From: Ignavibacteriota bacterium
GTDB lineage: Bacteria; Bacteroidota; Ignavibacteria; UBA10030; UBA6906
DNA: 64,000 nucleotides
Direction: 5' to 3'
Assembly: GCA_016218065.1 (NCBI GenBank)
Contig: JACRFA010000109.1
Location: 9,624 to 73,623 of the forward strand
Under the pieces are notes generated by a model that worked only from the letters and a program-made list of their open reading frames with translations, did not search any database and was not told the origin of the DNA. Both the position numbers and the translations under genes were made by a program. Below are positions 9,409 through 18,147 of the stretch, in pieces. The first letter of the stretch is position 1. Each line of letters opens with the position of its first letter.

Positions 9409-10140
9409 GTGATCGAATTCAAAGACGTCTTTCTCTATTACTCTGGTCGTCAGGTGCTTGACGGCATCTCGATGCAGATTCCCGACGGAAAGATCACGGC
9501 GATACTGGGGCCGTCGGGTTCGGGCAAGAGCACGATCATCAAACTGATGCTCGGCCTCATTCAGCCGACATACGGACAGGTGATTGTCGATGGCGTTGAC
9601 ATTAGCCGCTTCTCCGAAGAGCAGTTGTTTCCGTACCGAAAGAAGATGGGAATTGTCTTTCAGGGAAACGCGTTGTTCGATTCGATGACAGTGGGCGAGA
9701 ATATGGGATTCTTTCTTCGCGAGAATTTGGATTTGCCCGATGAAGAAGTGTCGCGCCGCGTGCACGATCAATTGAAGTTCGCCGGACTCGAAACACATGA
9801 ACATCATCTGCCGGATAGCCTGTCGGGAGGAATGCGGAAGCGCGTTGCTATCGGGCGTGCATTGATCTTCGAGCCTGAGATGGTGTTGTTCGATGAGCCG
9901 ACTGCCGGACTCGATCCGGTCAGCTCGAACAAGATCCTCTCGTTCATCAAGCAGCTCAACAACGAGAAGGGACTGGGCGCCGTGATGGTGACGCACATTA
10001 TTAGCGATGTCTTCGCGGCGGCCGACGTCGTTCTGATTCTGTATCAGGGAAGAATCATCTTCTACGACGCACCGGAAAAGATGAAAGATTCCGATCATCC
10101 GTTCGTGCAATCGTTCTTGCGGGATCCGGAAGAATGGTAA
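9409..10140 (+). CDS. mlaF: MlaF-type ABC transporter ATP-binding protein
   Basis: GTG start. Walker A 'GPSGSGKST', signature 'LSGGMRKRV', Walker B 'VLFDEPTAGLD', and the typical C-terminal 'HPFVQSFL'. Confidence 0.9.
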   Translation: MIEFKDVFLYYSGRQVLDGISMQIPDGKITAILGPSGSGKSTIIKLMLGLIQPTYGQVIVDGVDISRFSEEQLFPYRKKMGIVFQGNALFDSMTVGENMGFFLRENLDLPDEEVSRRVHDQLKFAGLETHEHHLPDSLSGGMRKRVAIGRALIFEPEMVLFDEPTAGLDPVSSNKILSFIKQLNNEKGLGAVMVTHIISDVFAAADVVLILYQGRIIFYDAPEKMKDSDHPFVQSFLRDPEEW

Positions 10141-10145
10141 CGACG

Positions 10146-11078
10146 TCAGCTCTTCAGGCGCAGATCGTATCGCTGTTCCGTGACCGGCTTGCCGAAGGCG
10201 GTTGACTTCTTCTCTTCGGCAAGCATAAAGCCGTATTTCCTGTACAGGTGCGCCGCGGTGATAAGCTCACTCGTGGTCCAGAGGTACGAGGTTTTGTAGT
10301 CGCACTGATGGAAGAAGGCCATGTAGAGGTCCATCAGCTTTGTGCCAAGGCCGATGCCGCGGTATTCGGGACGAAGAAGAAAGTACCTGAGCTGTGCAGC
10401 CGCTCCGCGGTTCATGAGCAGGAGGAAACCAACGATGTGGCGTCCGCGTTCGCATACCCAGACACGATTCTTGGCAGGATCGTAGCTGCGATAGAATTCG
10501 TCAAGTCCGGCAGCGACATACGATTCGAAGGCGATGTCGTAATCGTATTCCTCTTTGTAGAGGACGCCATGAAGGTACGTCACGTAGCCAAGATCGCCGG
10601 GACGAAGTTCGGTGCGGATGGTAATTTCCGATGCGAGCGCTCGTTTGTCGGCAGGGGAAAGAAGGTGCTCGATGTTCATCATGGATTGTAGCAACAGTTC
10701 TTTGCCCGAACCGGCGAGTTTTCCCGTAAGAGATTCTATGAGAGCGTCCGATCGCTGGTCAAGTTCTTCAAAAACTTTTTTGCCTTTTGATGAGAGGGTA
10801 ATGAGTTGGCTCCGTCCGTCGTTCGGCGACGGTCGCTTTCTGATCAAGCCCCGCGTTTGATAGGACGTAAGAATTCTACTCAAATAGCCGGGATCGATGC
10901 GCAACAAGGACTGGAGGTGGACGGATGTGCATTCCCCGGCATGAAAGATTTCGTAAAGGACCCGAACTTCGACAAGAGAGAATGGGCTGTCGAGAACATG
11001 CTGGTTGAGCAGACCTATCTGATCTGTGTAGAATCGGTTGAAGCGTCGAACGCTTCGGATGAGATCAGTTGTCGGCAT
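10146..11078 (-). CDS. MarR-type HTH regulator fused to GNAT N-acetyltransferase
   Basis: ORF 10146..11123; the probable start is the ATG at 11078 (MPTTDLIRSVRRFNRFYT). The N-terminal half is a winged HTH ('GLIRKRPSPNDGRSQLITLSSKG'). The C-terminal half is GNAT ('LRPEYRGIGLGTKLM'). Confidence 0.8.
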   Translation of the reverse strand: MPTTDLIRSVRRFNRFYTDQIGLLNQHVLDSPFSLVEVRVLYEIFHAGECTSVHLQSLLRIDPGYLSRILTSYQTRGLIRKRPSPNDGRSQLITLSSKGKKVFEELDQRSDALIESLTGKLAGSGKELLLQSMMNIEHLLSPADKRALASEITIRTELRPGDLGYVTYLHGVLYKEEYDYDIAFESYVAAGLDEFYRSYDPAKNRVWVCERGRHIVGFLLLMNRGAAAQLRYFLLRPEYRGIGLGTKLMDLYMAFFHQCDYKTSYLWTTSELITAAHLYRKYGFMLAEEKKSTAFGKPVTEQRYDLRLKS

Positions 11079-11205
11079 AGACGTTCCTCGTGAAAGTGGA
11101 GGTTCTGCTAAAGTACTTTTCAAGAAATGAATTTAGTTGACAAAATCAAGTAAATAAATTGACACAGGCAACAATTATTTCCGCATAGAGCAGACTCAGA
11201 GAGAC

Positions 11206-12162
11206 ATGGCAAAAGTTGACACATCACCTACGGGACGCACAACCTGGCGCAATCTGCGCACCGGACTTCTCTTCGTCGGGGGAGTCATTATCGCCGCGAC
11301 GCTCGGACTGATTATTGGAAAGAACACCAATCTCTTGACCACGCACGACACGGCGCATCTCTTCGTCATGGACATCAAAGGCATGTCGGAAGGAAACATG
11401 GTTGCGATCGGGGGCAAGAAGATTGGCGTCGTGAAGAGTATGGATTTTGCGAAGCGAGGTGATACCACGGGAGTTGTGGTCACACTCGACATTACGAGCG
11501 AACACTTCAAGCTCATCACCAAAGACTCAAAGGCCATACTGAAAGCCCTTGGAGTTCTTGGCGATGCGTATGTGGACATTGCCCTCGGCTCGTCGGATGA
11601 ATTCCTCGAAGACGGCGGCTACCTCGAAGCGGTCGCGTCACCCGGCATGGACGAACTGATCAAGTCGGCCATTGAAACGATGAGCACGATTCAAGACATT
11701 TCCCTCACGATCAGCAAAGGCGAAGGAACATTCGGCAAGCTTGTGCGTTCGAACGAGCTGAATGAGAAGCTACTCAAAGCCGCCGGCAATCTTGAGGCGA
11801 TCACCAACTCGATTGTGCGGGGACAGGGACTCGCCGGTCGCCTCATCAACGACAAGCAGCTCGCCGGAAGAGTTTCGGACATTCTCGACAATCTCGCGGA
11901 AGTTTCGAGTTCCATTCGGTCGGGCAAAGGCTCGCTCGGCAAGTTCATTGTTGACGAATCGTTCTACGACAGACTCTCCGCCATCACGCATCGCGCCGAT
12001 TCGCTCTTCGTGCGGATCAACAATCCCAACACAACACTCGGCAAGCTCACGCGTGACGCCGAGTTGTACAAGCATCTCGATCACAGCATCATCTCGCTCG
12101 ACTCGCTCTTGATGGACTTCAAAGAGAACCCCAGTCGGTATGTGAAGGTGAGCGTGTTTTGA
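11206..12162 (+). CDS. mlaD: MlaD/MCE-domain protein
   Basis: N-terminal TM segment, then an MCE fold ('GNMVAIGGKKIGVVKSMDF') and a helical C-terminal region. The genomic context includes mlaE and mlaF. Confidence 0.85.
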   Translation: MAKVDTSPTGRTTWRNLRTGLLFVGGVIIAATLGLIIGKNTNLLTTHDTAHLFVMDIKGMSEGNMVAIGGKKIGVVKSMDFAKRGDTTGVVVTLDITSEHFKLITKDSKAILKALGVLGDAYVDIALGSSDEFLEDGGYLEAVASPGMDELIKSAIETMSTIQDISLTISKGEGTFGKLVRSNELNEKLLKAAGNLEAITNSIVRGQGLAGRLINDKQLAGRVSDILDNLAEVSSSIRSGKGSLGKFIVDESFYDRLSAITHRADSLFVRINNPNTTLGKLTRDAELYKHLDHSIISLDSLLMDFKENPSRYVKVSVF

Positions 12163-12173
12163 TCTTGCTCTAA

Positions 12174-12205
12174 ACCCTGAGTCACACAAAGCGGGACGAA
12201 GGGTC
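12174..12205. repeat. REP-like element copy
   Basis: 'ACCCTGAGTCACACAAAGCGGGACGAAGGGTC' starts 12 nt after the mlaD stop. Confidence 0.65.
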
Positions 12206-12543
12206 TCATCTCATTGAGACATGGACAATCTCTTCGCAAAGAACGCTCAGGTTGAGTCGCAACTCTTGCAAACTGCAATCTTCAACTTCGATTCATTTCT
12301 CAATCACTTCCACAACTATCTCGCTCATTGCCCCGCCGTGTCGTGCAGATTGCAAGAACGCGACATTGATTACCTCTTGTCCTGATCCAATTTCCTCAAT
12401 TGCAGTGTGGCATTCTCTTTGACCTCTCTTGTGATGGCGTCACGAAACATCACATCCGCCAATGTCCTGATCCCGACAAGTTGGAACCTCGGATCGACTC
12501 GCCGGCGGAACAACGTCACCCCACATATCCAATGGAGGTCGCC

Positions 12544-13314
12544 ATGACAACGTTGGTTCCCATCGCAGTGAAAAGCTCTTCCTCGCTCACATACCGCGCT
12601 CTTGAGCTTGAGCGGATCCAGAAAACAAACATGATGATCGCGTTGGCGATTTCGATTGCCATCCACGCGCTCATCGTTCTACTCTACTATGTCTTTCCAA
12701 CTCCGCCCATCAACCTCGACAAGGTGCCATGGAAACCGCGGCGCGACGGAGCCTGGACGGCACGAGAGATGGAGTTCCAGAACTATGCTCTCCCCGGCGG
12801 AGCGACTGCAGCTTCAACGTCTGCGGCAAATGTCAAGTTCGGCAAAATCATCGTCGTTGCCGATGGGTTGGCAGATGACAAGATCGACTTCGCAACGCGA
12901 ACACAAATTCATGATGGATTGAACCCAGCAGGGTTGGGTACCGATGGCATTCCGGGCGATGGTGGAGATTTGCCTGGTGGCGGCGTGGGTGGGGGAACGG
13001 ACACAGTGATCATCATTGACGAGCCGGTCGAATACTGGGCGGTTGAGAAGAAGCCTGAAGTTGTGAAGGCGATTACTCCCCGCTACCCGGAGCTTCTCGT
13101 GAAAGCGCAGCTGGAAGGAAATGCGTTTGTGAGAATTCTCGTTGACAAGGAGGGGAGGCCGTCGGATGTTGAAGTCGTGAGAGCAGACAATGATTTGTTC
13201 GGCGATGCGGCGATTGAAGCAGCGAAGCAATTCGTCTTCACGCCAGGCTACATGAACAACGGTCCCGTGCGCGTGTGGGTGAGTGTGCCGTTCCGGTTTC
13301 GATTGAACAACTGA
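12544..13314 (+). CDS. tonB: energy transducer TonB
   Basis: ORF 12400..13314. GGAGG lies 7 nt upstream of the ATG at 12544. TM segment 'MMIALAISIAIHALIVLLYY'. C-terminal TonB domain 'PRYPELLVKAQLEGNAFVRILVDKEGRPSDVEVV..FTPG..GPVRVWVSVPFRFRL'. Confidence 0.8.
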   Translation: MTTLVPIAVKSSSSLTYRALELERIQKTNMMIALAISIAIHALIVLLYYVFPTPPINLDKVPWKPRRDGAWTAREMEFQNYALPGGATAASTSAANVKFGKIIVVADGLADDKIDFATRTQIHDGLNPAGLGTDGIPGDGGDLPGGGVGGGTDTVIIIDEPVEYWAVEKKPEVVKAITPRYPELLVKAQLEGNAFVRILVDKEGRPSDVEVVRADNDLFGDAAIEAAKQFVFTPGYMNNGPVRVWVSVPFRFRLNN

Positions 13315-13330
13315 CGCAAGCATGCACAAA

Positions 13331-13357
13331 GAGGGCGAGCCTTGACGACTCGCCCTC
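13331..13357 (+). terminator. hairpin after tonB (9-bp stem GAGGGCGAG/CTCGCCCTC)
   Basis: Perfect 9-bp stem 17 nt after the tonB stop, with no clear U-tract. Confidence 0.45.
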
Positions 13358-13454
13358 GGGATCAGTTAATATGCATTGTTCACTTCGCGAGCAATAGCCC
13401 GCCTGACAGCGGCGGATATTATCTCTCAGTAGTATTTCACCGAGTGAGAAGTAG

Positions 13455-13473
13455 CCCGCTGAAAGGCAGCGGG
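13455..13473 (-). terminator. hairpin after the T9SS cargo gene (7-bp stem CCCGCTG/CAGCGGG)
   Basis: Lies 14 nt beyond the stop at 13487 on the minus strand, with no U-tract. Confidence 0.4.
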
Positions 13474-13486
13474 ACTGCTGCACATC

Positions 13487-15115
13487 CTATTTGGTAAGCA
13501 GCAGCTTACTTACCTTCGCCAACCTCACATTGCCGTTCGCATCCGTTGCCGTGAACTGCGCGAAGAATACGCCGCTTGCGACGCCTGATGCATTCCATGT
13601 TGCGGAGTTGTAGCCTTTAGCGACTTGCCCGTTCACAAGCACAGCGACCTTGCGACCAAGCATATCATACACCGCAAGCGAAACGTGGGATGCTGCGGGC
13701 AGAGTGAACTTGATATGTGTCGAAGGGTTGAATGGGTTGGGGTAGTTTTGTTCCAGCGCGAATGAATACGTTTGCCCGTCGTTCACACCATCTGGCGACA
13801 AGTTAACCTGAATCGGCTCAGTGAAATGCGTCGTCCCTGCGACTGTATACGTGAGCCGATAGTCCCAAGAACCGGCGCTTGCCGTGCTGTCCGTGAACCT
13901 GTATTCGTGTCTCTGGTTTGTTGTGCCGTGCCCGGAGATGAAGCTATTGGGTATCTGCGTAAACATCGTGTCGCGTAGGCGGCGCCGCTGCACCGTGAAG
14001 CCACTGTTGTTCTCCTCGCCAAGCGTGACCCAATCAAGTCGGGCTGTATGATCGTTGAGTGGCATACCGGTGAACGAAACCATGTTGATTCCAAGAACCA
14101 CCTCTGACAATGGTCTTCTCCAAACCCCAGATCCGACAAACCATCCTGAATACGCTGCGGCAAACAGGTATCCCCGGTGAACGGACAGCGCATCGATCTT
14201 GCAGCGGTAGGGAAGCCGGTAAGAGATATCAAACCAAGTCGTTCCCTGATCCGTCGAGGCAAACACGCCTGCACCGTTTCCGTCGAGATCTCCTGTGCCG
14301 ACAAAAACTGTGTCGTTCAGAAACGCCACGGCGTTGCAGTCAGAAATTGAAGGAAGACCTGAGCTCCGATTGATCCAACTTCGGCCACCATTTGTGCTTT
14401 GGAAAACGCGGAGATTCGAGTGGACTATCGTGCCGACGGCGTAGATCCCGTATTTGCCGAGGCCGAAGTTCTGCACCGAGAAATTCAACGGAAGATCTTC
14501 AGGCTGATAGTTCCACGTACTGCCACGGTCTGTGCTGAGTGTGACGAATGCGGAGTCACCGGTTGATGCCGCGGCAATGATGTTATCGCCGACACAAAGC
14601 ATTCTCTTTATTGTGCCGTACGAGGGGGAGATCATTGAAGTGCTATCCCATCGTGAATTCGCTCGATAGTAGACCCGACTAAACGTACCTACAGCCAGAA
14701 TGCTGTCACGGATGTAGGAGATTGATTTTCTATATTGCCAAGGGAGAGTGGAATCCCAGTCACCCCTCCAGACGGTTTGGCCTTCCTCCAAATGAAAAAC
14801 ACCGGTCGAAGTTGCGACTTCCCAGACTGACCGATGGCTCGAAAGAGATTCCATACTCGGCCAGAAATCTATCACGGGCAAGCGGGTGATACCACTGTCG
14901 ACGAGTGTCCAAGAGGTACCGAGATCAGTAGTTCGGTGCAAGAGCGGCTCACCCAAATCTCCAGCCCCTGCTGCGAAAATCGAAACCTCGTTTGCAGCGA
15001 GATGGCTGATCACCGGGCCTGGGACAGGTATGCCGTTGTTTACTGGTTGCCACTGGGCTTTCACTGGAACTCCCATCAAGCCAACGCAACCCAAAACGAT
15101 CTTGAGTACTCTCAT
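13487..15115 (-). CDS. secreted BNR/Ycf48-like beta-propeller protein with T9SS C-terminal sorting domain
   Basis: ORF 13487..15157; start at 15115 (signal peptide MRVLKIVLGCVGLMGVPVKAQ). Asp-box-like 'STDRGSTW', 'STNGGRSW', 'STDQGTTW'. C-terminal 'FALEQNYPNPFNPSTHIKF...LLLTK' (Por_Secre_tail type). Confidence 0.8.
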   Translation of the reverse strand: MRVLKIVLGCVGLMGVPVKAQWQPVNNGIPVPGPVISHLAANEVSIFAAGAGDLGEPLLHRTTDLGTSWTLVDSGITRLPVIDFWPSMESLSSHRSVWEVATSTGVFHLEEGQTVWRGDWDSTLPWQYRKSISYIRDSILAVGTFSRVYYRANSRWDSTSMISPSYGTIKRMLCVGDNIIAAASTGDSAFVTLSTDRGSTWNYQPEDLPLNFSVQNFGLGKYGIYAVGTIVHSNLRVFQSTNGGRSWINRSSGLPSISDCNAVAFLNDTVFVGTGDLDGNGAGVFASTDQGTTWFDISYRLPYRCKIDALSVHRGYLFAAAYSGWFVGSGVWRRPLSEVVLGINMVSFTGMPLNDHTARLDWVTLGEENNSGFTVQRRRLRDTMFTQIPNSFISGHGTTNQRHEYRFTDSTASAGSWDYRLTYTVAGTTHFTEPIQVNLSPDGVNDGQTYSFALEQNYPNPFNPSTHIKFTLPAASHVSLAVYDMLGRKVAVLVNGQVAKGYNSATWNASGVASGVFFAQFTATDANGNVRLAKVSKLLLTK

Positions 15116-15178
15116 TGTGCGCTCCTTCAATTTACCAGACAGGGGATGTGCGCACATCCCCTGTCGAAGTTAATCGCT

Positions 15179-15448
15179 TTATTTCGTCAGAACCAGTTTC
15201 TTCGTGTCCACCACGCCGTTGCATTGAAATCTATAGAAATAGATGCCACTTGGCAAATCACGCGCGTCAAACACCGTCTCATGATAGCCAAAGTCCATCA
15301 TTCCGTGAACAAGCGTGCTCACTTCTCTCCCCAAGATGTCAAGGACCTTGATTTCAACAAACGAACGCCCTTTGTTTTCGTTCTTTGAGGAACCAACGAA
15401 GTATCGAATCCTCGTGCTTGGGTTGAACGGATTGAAGCCCCAGATCAA
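15179..15448 (-). pseudogene. orphan T9SS C-terminal sorting domain (gene remnant)
   Basis: The 89-aa ORF opens at a TTG directly after two in-frame stops. It reads 'GFNPFNPSTRIRY...LDILGREVSTLVHG...SGIYFYRF...KKLVLTK', which is only the sorting tail with no passenger domain. Confidence 0.6.
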
Positions 15449-15580
15449 TCATCAATGTTCAATTCAAACTAATCTAATATCATGTTGTCGGATAAGAGAG
15501 CCTGTTCGTGTTCCCCGTTTCATCTCTCCACCTTACTCCGTATCTTCGTTCAGCCGAAAGAATCTTAAACAGTGAGCTAA

Positions 15581-17293
15581 ATGAAGAAAGTCATCAAGAA
15601 GGTCGCGTCGTGGATCAGCGGTAAGATTCGCAAGAAGAAACCAGCAGCATCTGCAGAGCAGTCGAAAACCTCTCATCCGCCCGCTGCAAAGAAGGAGCAT
15701 CCCAGGCAGGGATATCAGGGAAAGAGGTCACGTCCGCAACGAGGCGGGCCACATCGTGGCGAAACGCGAAGTGGTGAACCACGCAGTGGCGAACCACGTA
15801 GTGGCGAACCACGCGGTGGCGAACCACGCAGTGGTGAGCGGCGTGAGGAACGGCGGTCGCGTCCCGAGTCACGACCACGATCTCATGCGCCGCATCCGCG
15901 GACTCCGAGACCCGAACCAACGCCACCCGCGCCGGAACCGGCCGCGCCCTTCGTGGATGATTGGACTGTCGCGCAGTTTGATGTCCCGCCCGAGGAAGGG
16001 AAGACACGCTTTCACGATTTGAATCTTTCCCAACCGATCATGCATGCAATTGCTGATCTGAACTTCAGGTATTGCACGCCGGTACAAGCGGCGCTGATGC
16101 CGGAATCGTTGAAGGGGCGTGACTGCACGGGCCGCGCACAAACGGGCACTGGAAAAAGCGCGGCGTTCATCATTACGATTCTCTCGCACCTGCTGGCCAA
16201 ACCGCTCGCGGAGCGGCGCACAGGCTCGCCCCGCGCGCTGATTCTCGCTCCGACCCGCGAGCTTGTGCTGCAAATCGAAAAAGACACAAAGCAACTTTCA
16301 AAGTACACGCGCGCCAAAACCGTCGCGGTGTTCGGCGGAATGGATTACGAACGACAAAAACGCTGGCTCGACGCACCGGTGGATATTGTCGTCGCAACGC
16401 CGGGGCGGCTCATTGATTTTAAGAACCAGCACCACATTCATCTGAGCAAGGTCGAGATTCTCGTGATCGACGAAGCCGACCGCATGCTGGACATGGGATT
16501 CATTCCCGACGTGCGCAGGATCGTGCTCAGCACGCCGCACAAAGACAAACGCCAGACGATGTTCTTCACCGCGACATTCACCCCCGAAGTGCGGCGCCTC
16601 GCTGCGCAATGGACGAACACTCCTCACGATGTCGATATTGAGCCTGAGCAGGTGAGCGTGCTCGCGATCGACCAACGCGTGTACATCACAACAACGGAAG
16701 ACAAGCTGAAGCTTCTCTACAACATGATCATGCAGGAGAATCTTGAGCGCGTGATTGTCTTTGCCAACAGGAAAGACCAGACGCATTGGCTTGCCGAGCA
16801 GTTGATGGCACGCGAAGTGTCGTGCGGCTTGCTCTCGGGCGATGTGTCGCAGCATGAACGCGTGAAGACGCTGGAGGGATTTCGCGGCGGCAAGTTCCGT
16901 ATTCTGGTTGCGACCGATGTTGCTGCGCGCGGACTTCACATCGAAGGCGTGAGTCATGTCGTGAATTACAATCTGCCGTTCGATGCAGAGGACTATATTC
17001 ATCGCATCGGACGAACGGGACGGGCGGGCGCGAGCGGCGTCTCTGTGAGCTTCGCGTGTGAAGATGACGGCCCACAGATTCCCGTCATCGAACAATTCAT
17101 CGGACGAAAACTTGACTCCATCTATCCGCCGGATGAATGGTTGAAGGATCTTCCGCCGCCGAGCGCCGACGCAAAGAAAATTGTGCTCGAGCCAAAGAAG
17201 AAATACGACGACCGTCGTCGCTCAGGCCGCGGCATGCGACGAGGCGGCTCGGGTCGGCCACGACATGGACACGGAGGCGGAGAGAAGCAGTGA
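15581..17293 (+). CDS. DEAD-box ATP-dependent RNA helicase with Arg/Pro-rich N-terminal extension
   Basis: 'AQTGTGKS', 'VIDEADRMLDMGF', 'FTAT', 'HRIGRTGRAG'. An N-terminal region of about 130 aa is basic and low-complexity, and the C-terminal tail is basic. Confidence 0.92.
   Translation: MKKVIKKVASWISGKIRKKKPAASAEQSKTSHPPAAKKEHPRQGYQGKRSRPQRGGPHRGETRSGEPRSGEPRSGEPRGGEPRSGERREERRSRPESRPRSHAPHPRTPRPEPTPPAPEPAAPFVDDWTVAQFDVPPEEGKTRFHDLNLSQPIMHAIADLNFRYCTPVQAALMPESLKGRDCTGRAQTGTGKSAAFIITILSHLLAKPLAERRTGSPRALILAPTRELVLQIEKDTKQLSKYTRAKTVAVFGGMDYERQKRWLDAPVDIVVATPGRLIDFKNQHHIHLSKVEILVIDEADRMLDMGFIPDVRRIVLSTPHKDKRQTMFFTATFTPEVRRLAAQWTNTPHDVDIEPEQVSVLAIDQRVYITTTEDKLKLLYNMIMQENLERVIVFANRKDQTHWLAEQLMAREVSCGLLSGDVSQHERVKTLEGFRGGKFRILVATDVAARGLHIEGVSHVVNYNLPFDAEDYIHRIGRTGRAGASGVSVSFACEDDGPQIPVIEQFIGRKLDSIYPPDEWLKDLPPPSADAKKIVLEPKKKYDDRRRSGRGMRRGGSGRPRHGHGGGEKQ
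15758..15847 (+). repeat. 15-bp in-frame tandem repeat (5 full units plus a partial) encoding (GEPRS)n
   Basis: ggcgaaacgcgaagt / ggtgaaccacgcagt / ggcgaaccacgtagt / ggcgaaccacgcggt / ggcgaaccacgcagt / ggtgagcggcgtgag. Confidence 0.9.
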
Positions 17294-17829
17294 ACCTGCC
17301 CCTCTTTGACGCATGGCGCGTCCGCAGTCTCGATTCCGGCGATGTCAACTCCATTGCGCAGTACGCCGACAACTTCAATGTCTGGATCAATCTGCGCGAT
17401 TTATTCCCTCATCCTTACTCCACGCAAGATGCAAAGAACTGGCTGAAGGTTGTTCGCCAACAAGACCCCGAACAAACGTGGGGCATAGCGTCGGCGTCCG
17501 AAGTCATCGGGGGCATCGGCATTCACGTGCAGCAAGACGTCCACCGATACTCCGCGGAGTTGGGCTACTGGTTGGGCGAGCCGTTTTGGGGAAAAGGAAT
17601 TGCGACCGCTGCAGTGAACGCAGTCGTGCGACACGTCTTCACAAAGTTCGATGTGACCAGAATCTTTGCGGGCGTGTTTGCGTACAACGCTGCGTCGGCT
17701 CGTGTGCTGGAGAAAGCCGGCTTCACGCGTGAGGGCGTGATGCGTCAGGCGGTCGTCAAAAACGGAAAGACTGTTGATCAGTTCCTCTATGCAATTCTTC
17801 GCGACGAGTGGCGGGCGAACAAGCGGTGA
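17290..17829 (+). CDS. GNAT N-acetyltransferase (RimJ/RimL-like)
   Basis: ORF 17137..17829 overlaps the helicase. There is no in-frame ATG near the domain start. The GTG at 17290 overlaps the helicase TGA (GTGA). Motif 'LGYWLGEPFWGKGIATAAV..ARVLEKAGFTREGVMRQ'. Confidence 0.7.
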   Translation: MNLPLFDAWRVRSLDSGDVNSIAQYADNFNVWINLRDLFPHPYSTQDAKNWLKVVRQQDPEQTWGIASASEVIGGIGIHVQQDVHRYSAELGYWLGEPFWGKGIATAAVNAVVRHVFTKFDVTRIFAGVFAYNAASARVLEKAGFTREGVMRQAVVKNGKTVDQFLYAILRDEWRANKR

Positions 17830-17852
17830 TCGTAATCCAGAAGATTGGTTTA

Positions 17853-17992
17853 GCAGGGTGTTGAAAAACGCGAGTGAAAAGCAGAACTCATCCCCCGGCC
17901 CCTTCTCTTGGGAAAGAGAAGGGGAGGATTGTGCGCAGATTCGATAAGTTTAGGGTGAGTTCCATCGAGCACACAGTTTTTCAACACCCTGT
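17853..17992. mobile_element. MITE-like element, family copy A (140 bp)
   Basis: TIRs GCAGGGTGTTGAAAAA / TTTTTCAACACCCTGT, with TA on the left flank only. The interior differs from copies B and C and holds an 11-bp palindrome CCCCTTCTCTT/AAGAGAAGGGG. Confidence 0.7.
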
Positions 17993-18147
17993 TGGGGCTT
18001 CCGGCCGGTTCTCCCCGTCAATACTGCGCATAATGCCGCGACGCCTGACTGTCAACCTCGCGTCAAAGGCGGTCGCCCTGGCTCGGCAGAGTTCTCAACC
18101 TCAAAAGCATCAATTGATCCTTTCATACCATATACCGGAGATGACGT

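Noticed and set aside
12370-12666. 98-aa minus-strand ORF overlapping the tonB 5' region.
   Set aside because: It is antisense to the TonB N-terminus and TM segment, with no family resemblance.
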